From the human T2T-CHM13v2.0 reference genome, Homo sapiens: a stretch of 64,000 bases of DNA. The position numbers and the translations under genes were made by a program. Below the pieces are notes generated by a model. It saw only the letters and a list, made by a program, of their open reading frames with translations, did no database searches and had not been told where the DNA came from. Positions 1-15,777 of the stretch are shown piece by piece. Position 1 is the stretch's first letter; every line of letters starts with the position of its first letter. The stretch lies in NCBI RefSeq assembly GCF_009914755.1, contig NC_060939.1. One strand, written 5' to 3'.

Positions 1-125
1 GTGGCTCACGCCTGTCATCCTAGCACATTAGGGGACCAAGGCAGGAAGATACCTGGAGGCCAGGAGTTCAAGATCAGCCTGGGAAACATAATGAAATCAC
101 ATCTGTATTTCAAAAAATAAACAAA
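1..125 (+). mobile_element. Alu left monomer (FLAM/AluJ-like), cut by window edge
   Basis: GTGGCTCACGCCTGT...AGGAGTTCAAGATCAGCCTGGG followed by an A-rich tail. Confidence 0.85.
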
Positions 126-229
126 TAAGGCTTGCCCTTACTTCATATAACCATTATTTACTAATAGGACATCATGGTTAAAAACAAAAATGTACCTGAT
201 ATTGTAGCATATAAAAGAGACTTTTATAA

Positions 230-2220
230 TGTATCAGTTTAGAAAGCTTTAGGTTGTAACAGTCAACCCAGTTCACAGTAGCATAAACAAATATGGATAA
301 ATTTCTCACAAGACACAAAATCTTGAACAGAGCAACAGCTAAAGTTGGTTCACTAATCAATGATGTCATCAATATTTTCAGTATTTTTTCTCCACCATCC
401 TAAATGTGTTAACTTTTTGTACTCATTTTTATTGCCTAATGGTTCCAAGATGGTCACTTCAGCTTTAAGCATCACATCTAAGGTCAAACCCAGAAAAGGG
501 GTTACCCCAGCCCTGTCTGACCCTTTTATCAGAAAAGAGGAAAGCCTTCCGTGAAGTCCCCCAGCAGACTCATGGACTAGAACTGTATTACATGGCCACT
601 GTAGCAATAAGTTTTAAAAATCTAGTATTTAACTTTTCTAATTTTTATGGTGAAAATAAGGAATAGATATTGGATTGGATAACCAATAGTGTCTGTCACA
701 GTCCTCAACCCAACATGCACATACACACTTCTTCTCACACCTATGCATTAAACAGAACATACTCATTCTCTCCTCAAGAAAGACAACCCTACTGTCTCAT
801 CCAATTACTGCAAACAGCTTTAAACAGAATCCCTGGGTGATTTTCTATCTGCTATATCAAGTGCAAATACGGCAATTCCTATCTGACCATCTGAATAGGC
901 AAAAGATAAGATATCTATCTCTAAGCCATCCTCCTTTGTTAATATAACTGTGAAAAAGAAAGAACAGAGTAACCCCATTAAAATTCCCATTCAGAAAAGG
1001 GAATAATGGGAAGCACACATTGTCAACAGCCCACAATCCACACCATTATCTTAAGGACAGAAACAGCAGATTCCTTGGCAGGCAGTAAAGTAAATTCCCT
1101 GGTTAGTCAATCTGCTAGGTCCTGCTATAAGTCTCAGGAGCATCTGCTTTGTCATTGCCCTCTTTGGCGACATCTAAGGTAGTTTCTAAACAGACACCCT
1201 TCCCAGGGGCTCCAAAGCTTTTGCAGCCCACTTCACACTGGTTTGACTTAGAGTGGTGGATATGACAATTGCTTGGAGGGAAAAACTTCTGTTTTATTTG
1301 CTTCACATCAACTCCTTGTGTGAATAACCATAGCTAAAAAAAAAAAAAACACTTCCAAATAATCTTTAGGCCTGGGGATTCTTATCTCTTAGCTGCTGAC
1401 CTATGAACTCTTAAATAGACTTGAGGCAATTCTAACAATAGCTTTAGGTGGAGAGGTACTACCACTAATCCCTGCAAAATTCCAAATTATGAGGTTCTTT
1501 GTCAATTTAGAGCAGGAGCTAAAGGCAGAATACTTCTATGGCGAACTGCATCCCCACCACCACCACTGCGCGTTCAATGCTGAGGAGCACTAATTTGAGT
1601 TCACCCCCTTCTATAGGATCCTACTGAAAAGTCACAAGAAGTAATTAATACATGCCAATATTCCAGATTTTTCCTATTGCTTCTCCTTATATTATAGCCT
1701 CCATTTCCACAGAGCCAGCCTGCCATTGAACGGCAGGCACAAGTTAATCAAATGCCTTGCGGTCACATAACAAGGGTAATAACTTTCCTCTCATCTTTCT
1801 CTGTTAAGTCTGGAGGTAGGTAGTCCAAAGCCAGAACTGCTGTTCAACAATGCCCCAGTCTCTTTCTGTCCATCTACTCCAAGGTCCACAGCTTGTGAGA
1901 ATATTTTAGCCTCATGCTTGTCATCTCATGGTTACAAGATGCCTGCTATAGCTCCTGGCTTCATGATTCCATTTAAGGCACAAAGAGAGGAGAAAGAGTA
2001 AAGTACCAGCCACCTCTGTCCTCTTTATCAGGAAAGCAAAAGCCCTCCCTGAACTCAGCAGACTTCCCTTCTTAATCACTGGCAAAGGAGAACAGGATTG
2101 TTATGACTGGTTTCAACTATTCGATTTTTTATTTCAAGCTGGGCACATTGCTGCCCTAACAAAATTAAGGTGAGCAATAGGGAATGGGTATTATGGAAGC
2201 CACTAAGAATATCTGCCACT
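230..2220 (-). mobile_element. Ancient ERVL-MaLR: MLT1J/K/L-type LTR (230-700), putative internal region, second LTR (about 1700-2220)
   Basis: Two diverged segments share CAAGATG..., TTTATCAG.AAAG..AAAGCC.TCC.TGAA...CAGCAGACT and end in TCTGTCACA / TCTGCCAC. Confidence 0.6.
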
Positions 2221-2591
2221 TATGAATATTTATAATTTTAAGAAATCAAACTCTATTTGGTGAAATTTCAGACTCGGTAACAGAAGTGAAAAAAAAAAGT
2301 CCCTCAGGCAGTGTTATAGAAATACATTTTAGGTACAGAAATCCCCACTCAAGCAAACCCATCCTACTTAGGAGTCTATCCTTGAAATTAGCAGCACCCT
2401 TTAGCAACTCTGCTTTTCATGGACTCTTCCTTTCCTCAATTCTGAACCTACAGATTCTCTAAAATACCCATGTTTGTTAACAACTGTTTCTATGGCAGCA
2501 GAGCCCCTGGTGGTCGGGCCCTGGGGTGGAGGCTATTTAGAAGTTAAAGACTGACAGTACACGCCAATAGCAGCTATTGTTGATGACATAC

Positions 2592-2602
2592 CTGAGGTAT
2601 TT
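2592..2602 (-). other. Candidate 11-nt micro-exon of the divergent transcript
   Basis: Minus strand reads TTTTTTGTTTTTTCACAACGTTTATCTATTTCAG|AAATACCTCAG|GTATGT. Confidence 0.3.
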
Positions 2603-3189
2603 CTGAAATAGATAAACGTTGTGAAAAAACAAAAAATATTTAAGGTGCCTGTTGCTCACCAAGAAATCTCTTGATTATAATTTGGGTTTCCCATCTAGGT
2701 CCACCACCTGAAAGAAAATGACTTGATCATTATGGTTCAACTGGTTTATGTAACAGTTTTATCTCCTAGTATGTTAATAAATTTGCATTCTGGCATTACA
2801 TATTAGGTTTATAAGGTTGTCAAACTACTTTATTCTTCTCTGGGGCACTACTGATCAGATTAGGTTTCTAAGACAAAAAGACTGAGTCAGGCCCTGGTAA
2901 AAATTTCACTAAGGTTCTACCACCTGATGTGGTCTTTTGAATAACAGCAGCCGGCCTGCTCCAGGCAATAGCTCCTCACATCACTGATTATATTGGCATA
3001 AACAACTTTATGTAAAATGTTTAAGCAATAAATTTTTATTCCATGTAGCAGCTCACAAAAGCTACTTTAACATAAATTGTGCCACCTATAAATATACTCA
3101 AGTCACCAACCATTCAAAGTATCATCACTTCCCAGCAACCCTCAACTCATAGTTTTTTATATATATAAATATATGTAGTGTAGCTATAC

Positions 3190-3453
3190 AGTATACAGAG
3201 AATGGGCTCTGGAGCCAGAAGGCTAGACTCCAATTCCCAATTCCACAGTAGAATGTTGCACCCTATAATGGGTGTGTGACATTGGGAGAAAAATCATTGT
3301 GTCTACTTTCTTCATCTATACATGAGGGCGGAGTTAGAAGGGGACATAATGATAATGCCTCATTCAAAGGGATATCTGAGTATCAAATTAATTTATACAT
3401 GTAAAATGCCTGGAACATAGGAAGGATTCAACAAGTGCTAGCTATTATCATCA
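3190..3453 (+). mobile_element. MIR SINE
   Basis: GGCTCTGGAGCCAGA...TGTGTGACATTGGG...TTCTTCATCTAT...TAGCTATTATCATC. Confidence 0.75.
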
Positions 3454-6400
3454 CTCTTAATTGGGAAACTTAAATAGTGTATGACCACCTAACTCCTACT
3501 GAATGGGGAAAAATCAAATGCCTTTCCTCTAAGGACTGGAACAAGATAAGGATGTCCACTCTCACTACTGTTATTCGACATAATACTGGAAGTCCTGGCT
3601 GGAGCAATTAGACAGGAAAAAGAAATAAAGAGAATCCAAACTGGAAAGGAAGAAGTCAAATTAGCCTTATTTGCAGATGACATGATCTTATACACAGAAA
3701 AACCTAAAGACTCCACCAAAAAAAAACTGTTTGAGCTAATAAACTCAGTAAAGTTGCAGGATACAAAAATCAACATACAAAAATCAATAGTATTTCTATA
3801 CGCCAAAAGCAAACAATCTGAAAAAGCAATCAAAAAAGCAATCTCGAGGGATGGAGCAAGATGGCAGAATGGAAGGTCCTACCAATCATCCCCCCTGCAG
3901 GAACACCAAATTCAACAACTATCTACACACACAAAAAAAGCACCTTTATAAGAACCAAATATCAGGTGAGCACTCACAGCACCTGATTTTAACTTCATAG
4001 TTCTGAAAGAGAAACTTAGAGTAGGAAAGAGTCTTGAATTGTTGATGCTACCCCTCCCCTATCCCATCACAGTAGCCAAGTGTTGTGAAGAAATCTGTGT
4101 GCTTGGGGAGAGTGAGAGCACAGAGACTGTGAGACTTTACATTGAACTCAGTGCTGTCACAGTATAAAGCAAAACTGGGCTGAACTTAGCTGACACCCAT
4201 CTACAGAGGGAGCATTCAGACAAGCCCTAGCCAGAGGAGAATCACCCATCCCAGCAGCTGGAACTTGAGTTCCAGCAAGCTTCCTCATTGTGGGCTGAAG
4301 TGCTCTGGGGCCCTAAATAAACCGTAAAGGCAGTCTAGGCCCCAAGAACTGCAAGTTTTAGTGTTGAGCTGGGCTTGGAGCCAGTGGACTTACCGGTCAT
4401 GAGACTTACTGAGACACAAGCCAGGGCACCTAAGGGAGTGCTTGCACTACCCGTCCCCCAACCCCAGGCAACACAGCTGTGGCTCCAAAAAAGTCACAAA
4501 AGAGCCACAAGCTGTATTGCCTGGTGTTGAAAAGGAGGTAGTGCAAATACTCCCTTTCCGCTTGAGAGGAGAGAAGAGGGAAGAGTAAAGAGGAATTTTG
4601 TCTTGCACCTTGGACACCAGCTCAGCCACAGTCGGATACAATACTAGACACAATACTAGACAGAATTGTGGCCCCCATTCCAGGCCCTAGCTCCCCAGAT
4701 GACATTTCTAGACACACCCTGGACCCACAGGGAAACTGATTCCTTGAAGGGAAGGACCTATTCCTGGCAGGATGCATCATCTGCTGGCTAAAGAGCCCTT
4801 GAGACCCTGAATAATCAATAGTGATACTTAGGTAGTATGGCATGGGCCTTGGGTGAGACTGGGAGACACACTGGCTTCAGGTGAGACCCAGCACATTCCC
4901 ACCTGTGGTGGCTATGGTAAGAGATTTCTTCTGCTTGAGAAAAGCAGAGGAAAAAGTGGAGACTTTGTCTTGCATCTTAAGTACAAGCTCTACCACAACG
5001 TGGTATAGCACCAATCAAGCTCTTGGGGTCCCTGATTCCAGGCCTTGGCTCGTGGATGGCATTTCTGGACATGGCCTGGGCCAGAGGGGACCCCACTTCC
5101 CTGAAGAGTGAATCCCAGGCTTGGTAGCATTCACCACAAGCTAACTGAAGAGCCCTCAGGCCTTAAGTGAACATTGGTGGTAGCCTGGCAGTACTCCCTG
5201 TGGGCCTTAGGTGGTAGTGACCATAAGGTGAGGGTCCTCTGCCTGTGAAAAGGAGAGGGAAAAGTGAGAACTGTTTTTCATGGTTTGAAAGCCCACTCAG
5301 CCACAGTGGAATACAACACCAGGAAGACTTCTAAGGTTTTTGACTCCAGTCCTTAGCTCCCAGATGGCATCTCTGGACCTGCCCAGGGCCTGCAGGAACT
5401 TGCCGCCCTGAAGGGAAGGACACAAGCCTGGTTGGCTTCACTAGATGCTGACTGTAGAGCCCTAGGGCTTTGAATGAACATAAGTGGCAGCCAGGTACTG
5501 GTTACAGCAGGCCTTGGGCAAGACCCAGTGCTGTGCTGGCTTCAGGTCTAACCCAGCACAGTCCCACTGGTGGTGGCTATAGGGGTGTTTGTGTCACCCT
5601 ACTCCCAGCCAGAGGTGGCTCAGCACAGAGAAACTCCATTTGTTTGGGAGAAAGTAAGGGAAGAGAATAAGAATCTCTGCCTGGTAAACCAGAGAATTCT
5701 TCCAGAATTATCCAATATCACCAAGACGGTACTTCTACAAGTCTGCAAGAACCACAGCATTACTGGGCTTGAGGTGCCCCATAATGCAGACATGGCTTAG
5801 ATCTTAGATCACAACACTCAAAGTCCTTTTGAATACCTGGAAAACCTTCCCGAGACAGGTGGATACAAACAAGCCTAGACTGAGAATACTGCAATGAATA
5901 CCTAACTCTTCAATGCCCAGACACCAGCAAATATCCACAAGCATCAAGACCATCCAGGAAAACATACCCTCACCAAATGAACTAAATAAGGTGCGAGGCC
6001 AATCCTGAAGAAACAGAAATACATGATCTTTCAGACAGAGAATTCAAAATTGCTGTTTTAAGGAAACTCAAAGAAATTCAAGATAACACAGAGAAGGAAT
6101 GCAGAATTCTATCAGATAAATTTAACAATGAGATTAAAATAATTGAAAAGAATAGGTAGAAATTCTGAAGGTGAAAAATGCAATTGACATATTGAATAAT
6201 GCATCAGAGACTGTTAATAGTAGAATTGATCAAGCATAAGACAGAATTTGTGAGCTTGAAGACAGGCTATTTGAAAATACAGTTAGAGATTAAAGCAAAA
6301 TAAAGAATGAAGCACACCTACATTATCTAGAAAATAGCCTCAAAAGGGCAAATCTAAGAGTTATTGGCCTTAAAGAGAAGGTAGAGAGAGGGGTAGAAAC

Positions 6401-6474
6401 TTTATTCAAAGGGATAATAAGAGAGAAATTCACAAACCTAGAAAAAGATATTAATAACCAAGTACAAAAAGGCT

Positions 6475-6789
6475 GGCTGGGTGCGGTGGCTAACACCTGT
6501 AATCCCAGCACTTTGGGAGGCTAAAGCCTCCCAAAGGTGGACCATTTGAGGCCAGGAGTTTGAGACCAGCCTGGCCAACATGGCGAAACCCTGTCCCAAA
6601 TTAGCTGGGCGTGGTGGCACACACCTATGCTCTCAGCTACTTGAGAGGCTGAGGCATGAGAATCATTTGAACCCGGAGGCAGAGGTTGAGGTGAGCCAAG
6701 ATTGCACTACTGCACCCCAGCCTGGGCAACAAAGTGAGACTCTGTACCTGCCACCCCGCCAAATAAAAAAAAAGAGAGAGAGAGAGAGA
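6475..6789 (+). mobile_element. AluS/J inside L1 ORF1, with internal hairpin and deleted linker
   Basis: Alu dimer sequence, tail turning into GA repeat. Confidence 0.9.
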
Positions 6790-7351
6790 AGGCAAGCAGA
6801 TTTAACCCAAAGAAGACTACCTCAAGGAATTTAATAATCAAACTCCCAAAGGTTAAGGATAAAGAAAGGATCCCAAAAGCAGCAAGAGAAAAGAAACAAA
6901 TAACATACAATGGACCTCCAATATGTCTGGCAGCAGACTTTTCAGTGGAAAACTTACAGGGCAGGAGAGAGTGGCATGATTTATTTAAAGTGCTGAAGGT
7001 TAAAAACAGTTTACCCTAGAATAGTATAATGTATCCAGCAAAAATATCCTTCAAACATGAAGGAGAAATAAAGATTCTCCCAGACAAGCAAAAGCTAAGG
7101 GATTTCATCAACATCAGACCTGTCCTACAAGAAATGCTAAAGGGAGTACTTCTATCAGAAGTAAGGATGAAGAAAAGAAAAAGAAAAGGATGTCAATGAG
7201 CAGTAAGACATCATCTGAAAGTACAAAACTCACTATCAATAGTAAGTACACAGAAAACAGAGACTTTTATAACACTGAACTGTGGTGTGTAAACAACTGT
7301 TATCCTAAATAGAAAGATTAAATGATGAACCAATCAAAAATAATAACTATG

Positions 7352-7661
<310 letters not shown>

Positions 7662-10600
7662 CTACAACAACTTTTCAAAACATAGACAGAACTGTAAGAT
7701 ATAAATAGAAACACAAAGTTAAAAAGCAAGAGGATGAAGTTAAAGTTTTTATTAGTTTTCTTTTTGCTTGTTAGTTTGTCTATGCAATCAGTGTTAAGTT
7801 GTAATCATCTTAAAATAATGGGTTATAAGATAGTATTTGCAAGCTTTATGGTAATCTCAAATCAAAAAACATACAACAGATACACAAAAAATAAAAAGAA
7901 ATTAAATTATACCACCAGAGAAAATCACCTTCACTAAAAGGAAAACAGGAAGGAAGGAAAAAAGGAAGAGAAGACCATAAAACAACCAGAAAACAAATAA
8001 AACGGCAAGAGTAAGTCCTTGCCTATCAATAATCACCTTTAATGTAAGTGGACTAGACTCTTCAATCAAAAGACAGGGTGGCTGAATGGATAAGAAAACA
8101 AACAAAAAACCCAAAAAAAACCCACAAGACCCAATGATCTGTTGCCTGCAAGAAACACACTTTACCTATAATGATACACATAGATTGAAAATAAAGAGAC
8201 AGAAAAAGATATTTCATACCAACAGAAACCAAAAAAGAGGAGTGCTATACTTATATCAGACAAAATAGATTCCATGACAAAAACTTTTAAGAAGAGACAA
8301 ATAAGGTCATTATATAATAATGAAGGGTTCAATTCAGCAAGAGAATATAACAATTTTAAATATATATGCACCCAACACTAGAGCACCCAGATATATAGAG
8401 CAAATATTTGAGCTAAAGAAAGAGATAAACTCCAATATGATAAGAGCTGGAGATTCAACACCCCACTTTAAGCGTTGGACAGATCTTCCAGACAGAAAAT
8501 AAACAAAGAAACATCAGACTTAATCTGTACTATAGACCACATGGACCAAATAGATACTTATAGAACATTTAATCCAACAGCTACAGAATACACAATCTTT
8601 TCCTCAGCACATGGGTCATTCTCAAGGATAGACCATATGTTAGGTCAAAAAACAAGTCTTAAAGTATTTTTAAAAATTGAAATAATATCAAACATCTTTT
8701 CTGACCACAATGGAATAAAACTAGAAATCAATAATGAGAGGGACTTTGGAAACTATACAAACACATGGAAATTAAACAATATGCTCCAGAATGACCAGTG
8801 GGTCAATGAAGAAATTAAAAAGAAAACTGAAACATTTACTGAAACAAATGATAATGGAAACACAACATGCCAAAACCTATGGGATACAGCAAAAGCAATA
8901 CCGAGAGAGAAGTTTATAGCTATAAGCACCTACATTTAAAAAGTAGGAAAACATCAAATAAACAACCTAATGAAGCATCTAAAAGAAATAGAAAAGCAAA
9001 AGCAAACCAAACCCAAAAATCAGTAGAAGAATAAAGAGCAGAGATAAAATTGAAATGAATAAAATACAAAAGATCAATGAAATAAAAAGTTGGTTTTTTG
9101 AAAAGATAAACAAAATTGATAAATCTTTAGCCAGACTAAGAAAAAAGGAGAGGAGATACAAATAAATAAAATCAGAGGTGAAAAAGGAGACATTACAACC
9201 AATACTACAGAAATTCAAAGGATCATTAGAGGCTACTGTGAGCAACTACATGCCAATAAATTGAAAAGCCAAGAAGAAATGGATAAATTCCTAGACATAT
9301 ACAACCTACCAAGATTCAACCATGAAGAAATCCAAAACCTAAACAGACTAATAACAACTAATAAGATAGAAGCCATATTAAGAAGTCTCCCAACAAAGGA
9401 AAGCCGGAGACCTCTGACTTCACTGCTGAATTTTATCAAACATTTAAAAAAGAACTAATACCAATACTACTCAAACTATTCTGAAAAAGAGAGGAGGAGG
9501 GAATAGTTCCAAGCTCATTCTACAAGGTCAGTATTACCCTGATATCAAAACCAGATAAAAACACATTTAAAAAAAAAGCTACAGGCCAATAGCCCGGGTT
9601 AACACTCATGCAAAAATCTTCAACACAATACTAGCAAACCAAATTCAACAACATACTAAAAATATCATTTGTCATGACCAAGTGAGATTTATCCCATGGA
9701 TGCAAGGATGGTTCAACATACACAAATCAATGTGATACATCATATCAAAAGAATGAAGGACAAAAATCATATGATTATTTCAATTGATGCTGAAAAAGCA
9801 TCTGATAAAATTCAACATTTCATTGTGATAAAAACTAAAAAAACTGGGTATAGAAGGAACATAATTCAACATAATAAAAGCTATATATGACAGACCCATA
9901 ACTAGTATCATACTGAATGTGGAATAGCTGAGTCTTTCTTCTAAGATCTGGAAGATGACAAGGATGCCCACTTTCACCACTGTTATTCAACATGGTATTG
10001 GAAGTCCTACCTAGAGCAATAGGACAAGAGAAAGAAATAAAGGGCATTCAGATTGGAAAGGAAGAAATCAAATTATCATTGTTTGCAGATTATTATGATC
10101 TTATACTTGGAAAAACCTAAAGACTTCATCAAAAAATTTAGAACTGATAAACGAATTCAGCAAAGTTACAGGATACAAAATCAACAAACAAACATTAGTA
10201 GCATTTCTATATGCCAAAAGTGAACAAACTGAAAATGAAATCAAGAAAGTAATCCCATTTACAATAGCTACAAATCAAGTATCAAGGAATTCACTTAATC
10301 AAAGAAGTGAAAGCTCTCTACAATGAAAACTATACCAATGCAAGAAATTGAAAAAGACACAAAAAATGGAATGATATTTCATGTTCATAGATTGGAAGAT
10401 TCAATATTGTTAAAACGTCCACACTACCCAAAGCAATCTACAGATGCAATGCAATCTCTATCAAAATACCAATGACATTCTTCACAGAAACAGAAGAAAC
10501 AATCCTAAAACTTATATGGAACCAGAAAAGACCCAGAATAGCCAAAGCTATGCTAAGCAAAAAGAACAAAACTGAATAAATCACATTACCTGACTTCAAA

Positions 10601-10711
10601 TTACACTACAGACCTACTGTAACCAAAACAGCATGATACTGGCATAAAAATAGATACATAGACTAATGGAACAGAACACAGGACCCAGAAATAAATCCAT
10701 ACATGAACTAA

Positions 10712-11017
<306 letters not shown>

Positions 11018-11269
11018 ACATGAACTCATTTTTGACAAAGGTGCCAAGAACATACTTGGGGAAAGGACAGTCTCTTCAATAAATGGTGCTGGGAAAACTG
11101 GATATCCATATGCAGAAGAATGAAACTCGACCCCTATCTCTCACCATATACAAAAATCCAAATCAAAATAAGATTACAGGCTTAATTCTAAGATGTCAAA
11201 CTATGAAACTACTAAAAAAAATTGGGGAAACTCTCTAGGACATTGGAGTGGGCAAAGATTTCTTGAGTA

Positions 11270-11573
11270 GGCCGGGTGCAGTGGCTCACACCTGTAATCC
11301 CAGCACTTTGGGAGGCTGAGGTGGGTGGATCATGAGGTCAGGAGATCAAGACCATCCTGGCTAACACGGTGAAACCCCGTCTCTACTAAAAATACAAAAA
11401 ATTAGCCGGGCATAGTGGCGGGCACCTGTAGTCCCAGCTACTTGGGAGGCTGAGGCTGAGGCAGGAGAATGGCATGAACCTAGAAGACGGAGCTTGTAGT
11501 GAGCCGAGATCATACCACTGCACTCCAACCTGGGCGACAGAGCGAGACTCTGTCTCAAAAAAAAAAAAAAAAA
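11270..11573 (+). mobile_element. AluY
   Basis: GAGATCAAGACCATCCTGGCTAACACGG; 16-bp TSD AAAGATTTCTTGAGTA at 11254 and 11571. Confidence 0.92.
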
Positions 11574-14500
11574 GATTTCTTGAGTAATACCCCACAAGCA
11601 CAGGCAACCAAAGCCAAAATGGACAAATGGGATCCTATCAAGTTAAAAGGTTTCTACACAGCAAAGGAAACAATCAACAAAAGGCTTCTCCACAGCAAAG
11701 GAAATAATCAAAAAAGAAACAACCCACAGAATGGAGAAAATATTTGCAAACTGCCCATCTGACAAGGGATTATAACCAGAATATATAAGGAGTTCAAACA
11801 ACTCTATAGGAAAAAAACCTGATAATCTGGTATTAAAATGGACAGAAGATCTGAACGGACATTTCTCAAAAGACATACAAATGGCATACAGGCATATGAA
11901 AAGGTGCTCAACATAATTGACCATCAGAGAAATGCAAATCAAAACTACAATGAGATATCATCTTACATCAGTTAAAATGGCTTTTATCCAAAAGACAGAC
12001 ATTAATAAATGCTGGAGGAGATATGGAGAAAGGGAAACACTCACATACTGTTGGTGGGAACCACTATGGAGAACAATTTGGAGGTTCCTTAAAAAACTAA
12101 AAATAGGGCTACCATATGACCCAGCAATTGCACTCTGAGATATACACCCAAAAGAAAGGAAGTCAGTACATCAAAGAGATATCTACACTCCCATGTTTAC
12201 TGCAGCACTATTCGCAAGAGCTAAGATTTGGAAGCAACCTAAGCATCCATCAACAGATGAACAGATAAAGAAAATTTGGTACATACATACAATGGAGTAC
12301 TATTCAGCCATAAAAAAAAGAATGAGATCCTATCATTTGCAACAACATGGATGGAACTGGAGGTCACTGTTAAGTGAAATAAGCCAGGCACAGAAAAACA
12401 AACTTCGCATCTTCTCACTTATTTGTGGGAGCTAAAAATTAAAATAATTTAACTAATGGAGGTAGAGAGTGGAAAGATGGTTACCAGAGGCTGGGAAGGG
12501 TGGAGCAGGGGGCTGGTTGGGGGAAGTGGGGATAGTTAATGGATCCAAATTAGTAAGAAAGGATCAATAAGACCTAGTATTTGCTAGCACAACAGGGTGA
12601 CTACAGTAAAAAATAATGTAATTGTACATTTTAAAATAACTAAGAGTATAATTGGATTGTTTGTAACACACAGGATAAATGCTTGAGGGGATGGATACCC
12701 CATTACCCTGATGTGATTATGCATTGCATGCATGTATCAAAATATCTCATGTAACCCATAAATGTATATACCTACTATGTTCCCACAAAAATTAAAAATA
12801 AAGCAATTTCATTTACAATAACTACAAAAATATATAAAATACCTAGGAATCAATCTAACTAAAGAAGTGAAAGATCTATACAAGCAAAACCATGAAACTG
12901 ATGAAAGAAATTGAAGAGGACACGCACAAAAAAGGAAAGATATTCCATACTCATTAATTGGAAGAATTATTGTTAAAATGATAAAGACTACCCAAAGCAA
13001 TTTACAGATTCAATGCAATCTCTATCAAAATGCGAACGGCGTTCTTTATAAAAATAGGAAAAAAAATTCTTAAATTTATATGGAACTACCAAAGACCTGG
13101 AATAGACAAAGCAATCCTGAGCAAAAAGAACAAAGCTGAAGGCACCACACTACCTGACTTCAAAATTTACTACAAAGCTATGGTAACCAAAACAGCATAG
13201 TACTGGCATAAAAACAGACACATAGACCAATGGAACAGAATGGAGAATCCAGATGTAAATCCACACATTTATTGCCAACTCCTCTTTGACCAAGGTGCCA
13301 AGAACATACAATGGGGAAAGGTTACCAGATGCAGAAGAATTTAACTAGACCCCTAGCTGTCACCATACACAAAAATCAAATCAAAATAGATTAAAGACAA
13401 ATATTTAATGCTGAAACTATGAAACTACAGAAGAAAACATTGGAGAGATGTTCCATGACATTGGTCTGGGTAAAGATTTTTGGGGTAAGACCTCAAAGGC
13501 AACCAAAGCAAAAATAGACAAATGGGATTACATCAAGCTAAAAAGCTTCTGCACAAGGACACAATCAACAAATTGAAGAGACAGCCCACAGAATGGAAGA
13601 CTATGTTTGCAAACTATCCATTTGACAAAGAATCAATAACCAGAATATATATGGAGCTCAAACAACTCAATAGCAAAAAAATATATACATATAATCTGAT
13701 TTTTAAATGGGCAAAAGACTTGAACAGACATTTCTCAAAAGAAGACATACAAATGGTCAACATGTGTATTAAAAAAAACACTCAACATGACTAATCAGAG
13801 AAATGCAAATCAAAACCACAATGAAATATCATCAATAAAAGATACTGGTGGGGATGTAGAGAAGGGAAAGCCCTCATATACTGTTGGTGGGAATGTAAAT
13901 TAGTACAACCTCTATGCAGAACAGTATGGCGGCTTCTCAAAAGCCTAAAAATAGATCTACCATCTGATCCAGCAATTCCACTATGGAGTCTACATCCAAA
14001 AGAAAGGAAATCAATATATCAAAGGGCTATCTGCACTCCCGTCTATACTGCAGCACTATTAGCAATAGCCAAAATATGAAATCATCCTAAGTGCCTATCA
14101 ATGGATGAATAAAGAAAATAGGATATACGTACACACTGGAGTATTATTCATCCATAAAAAAAAGAATAAAATCCCGTCATTTGCAGCAACATAGATGAAT
14201 CTGGAGGCCAATTATGTCAAGCAAAATAATCTAAGCACAGAAAGACAAATATGTTCTCACTCATATATAGAAGCTAAAAAAAATGAATCTCATGAAGACA
14301 GAGAGTAGAATGGTGGTTACCAAAGGCCATTAAGGATAGAGGAGAGGGAAGGATAAAGGGTGAAAAAAGGAATATAAATGTATTTATTACCAATAAACCG
14401 TACACTTAAAAGTGGTAAAGATGGTAAATTTTATATGTATATTTTACCTCAAAAAAAGTGAAAAAAAATAGTGTATAGTTGCAGTCTCTGCAAATGTAAA

Positions 14501-14582
14501 ATGATTTAATAATAAAGATTCACTTTATATGCTAAATATGAAATAACACAAATTCCCCAAATTAATAATTCATCAAGAATTA

Positions 14583-15777
<1,195 letters not shown>

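Noticed and set aside
11647-11714. Tandem duplication of about 33 bp within L1 ORF2
   Set aside because: Real but a routine slippage event in a dead element.
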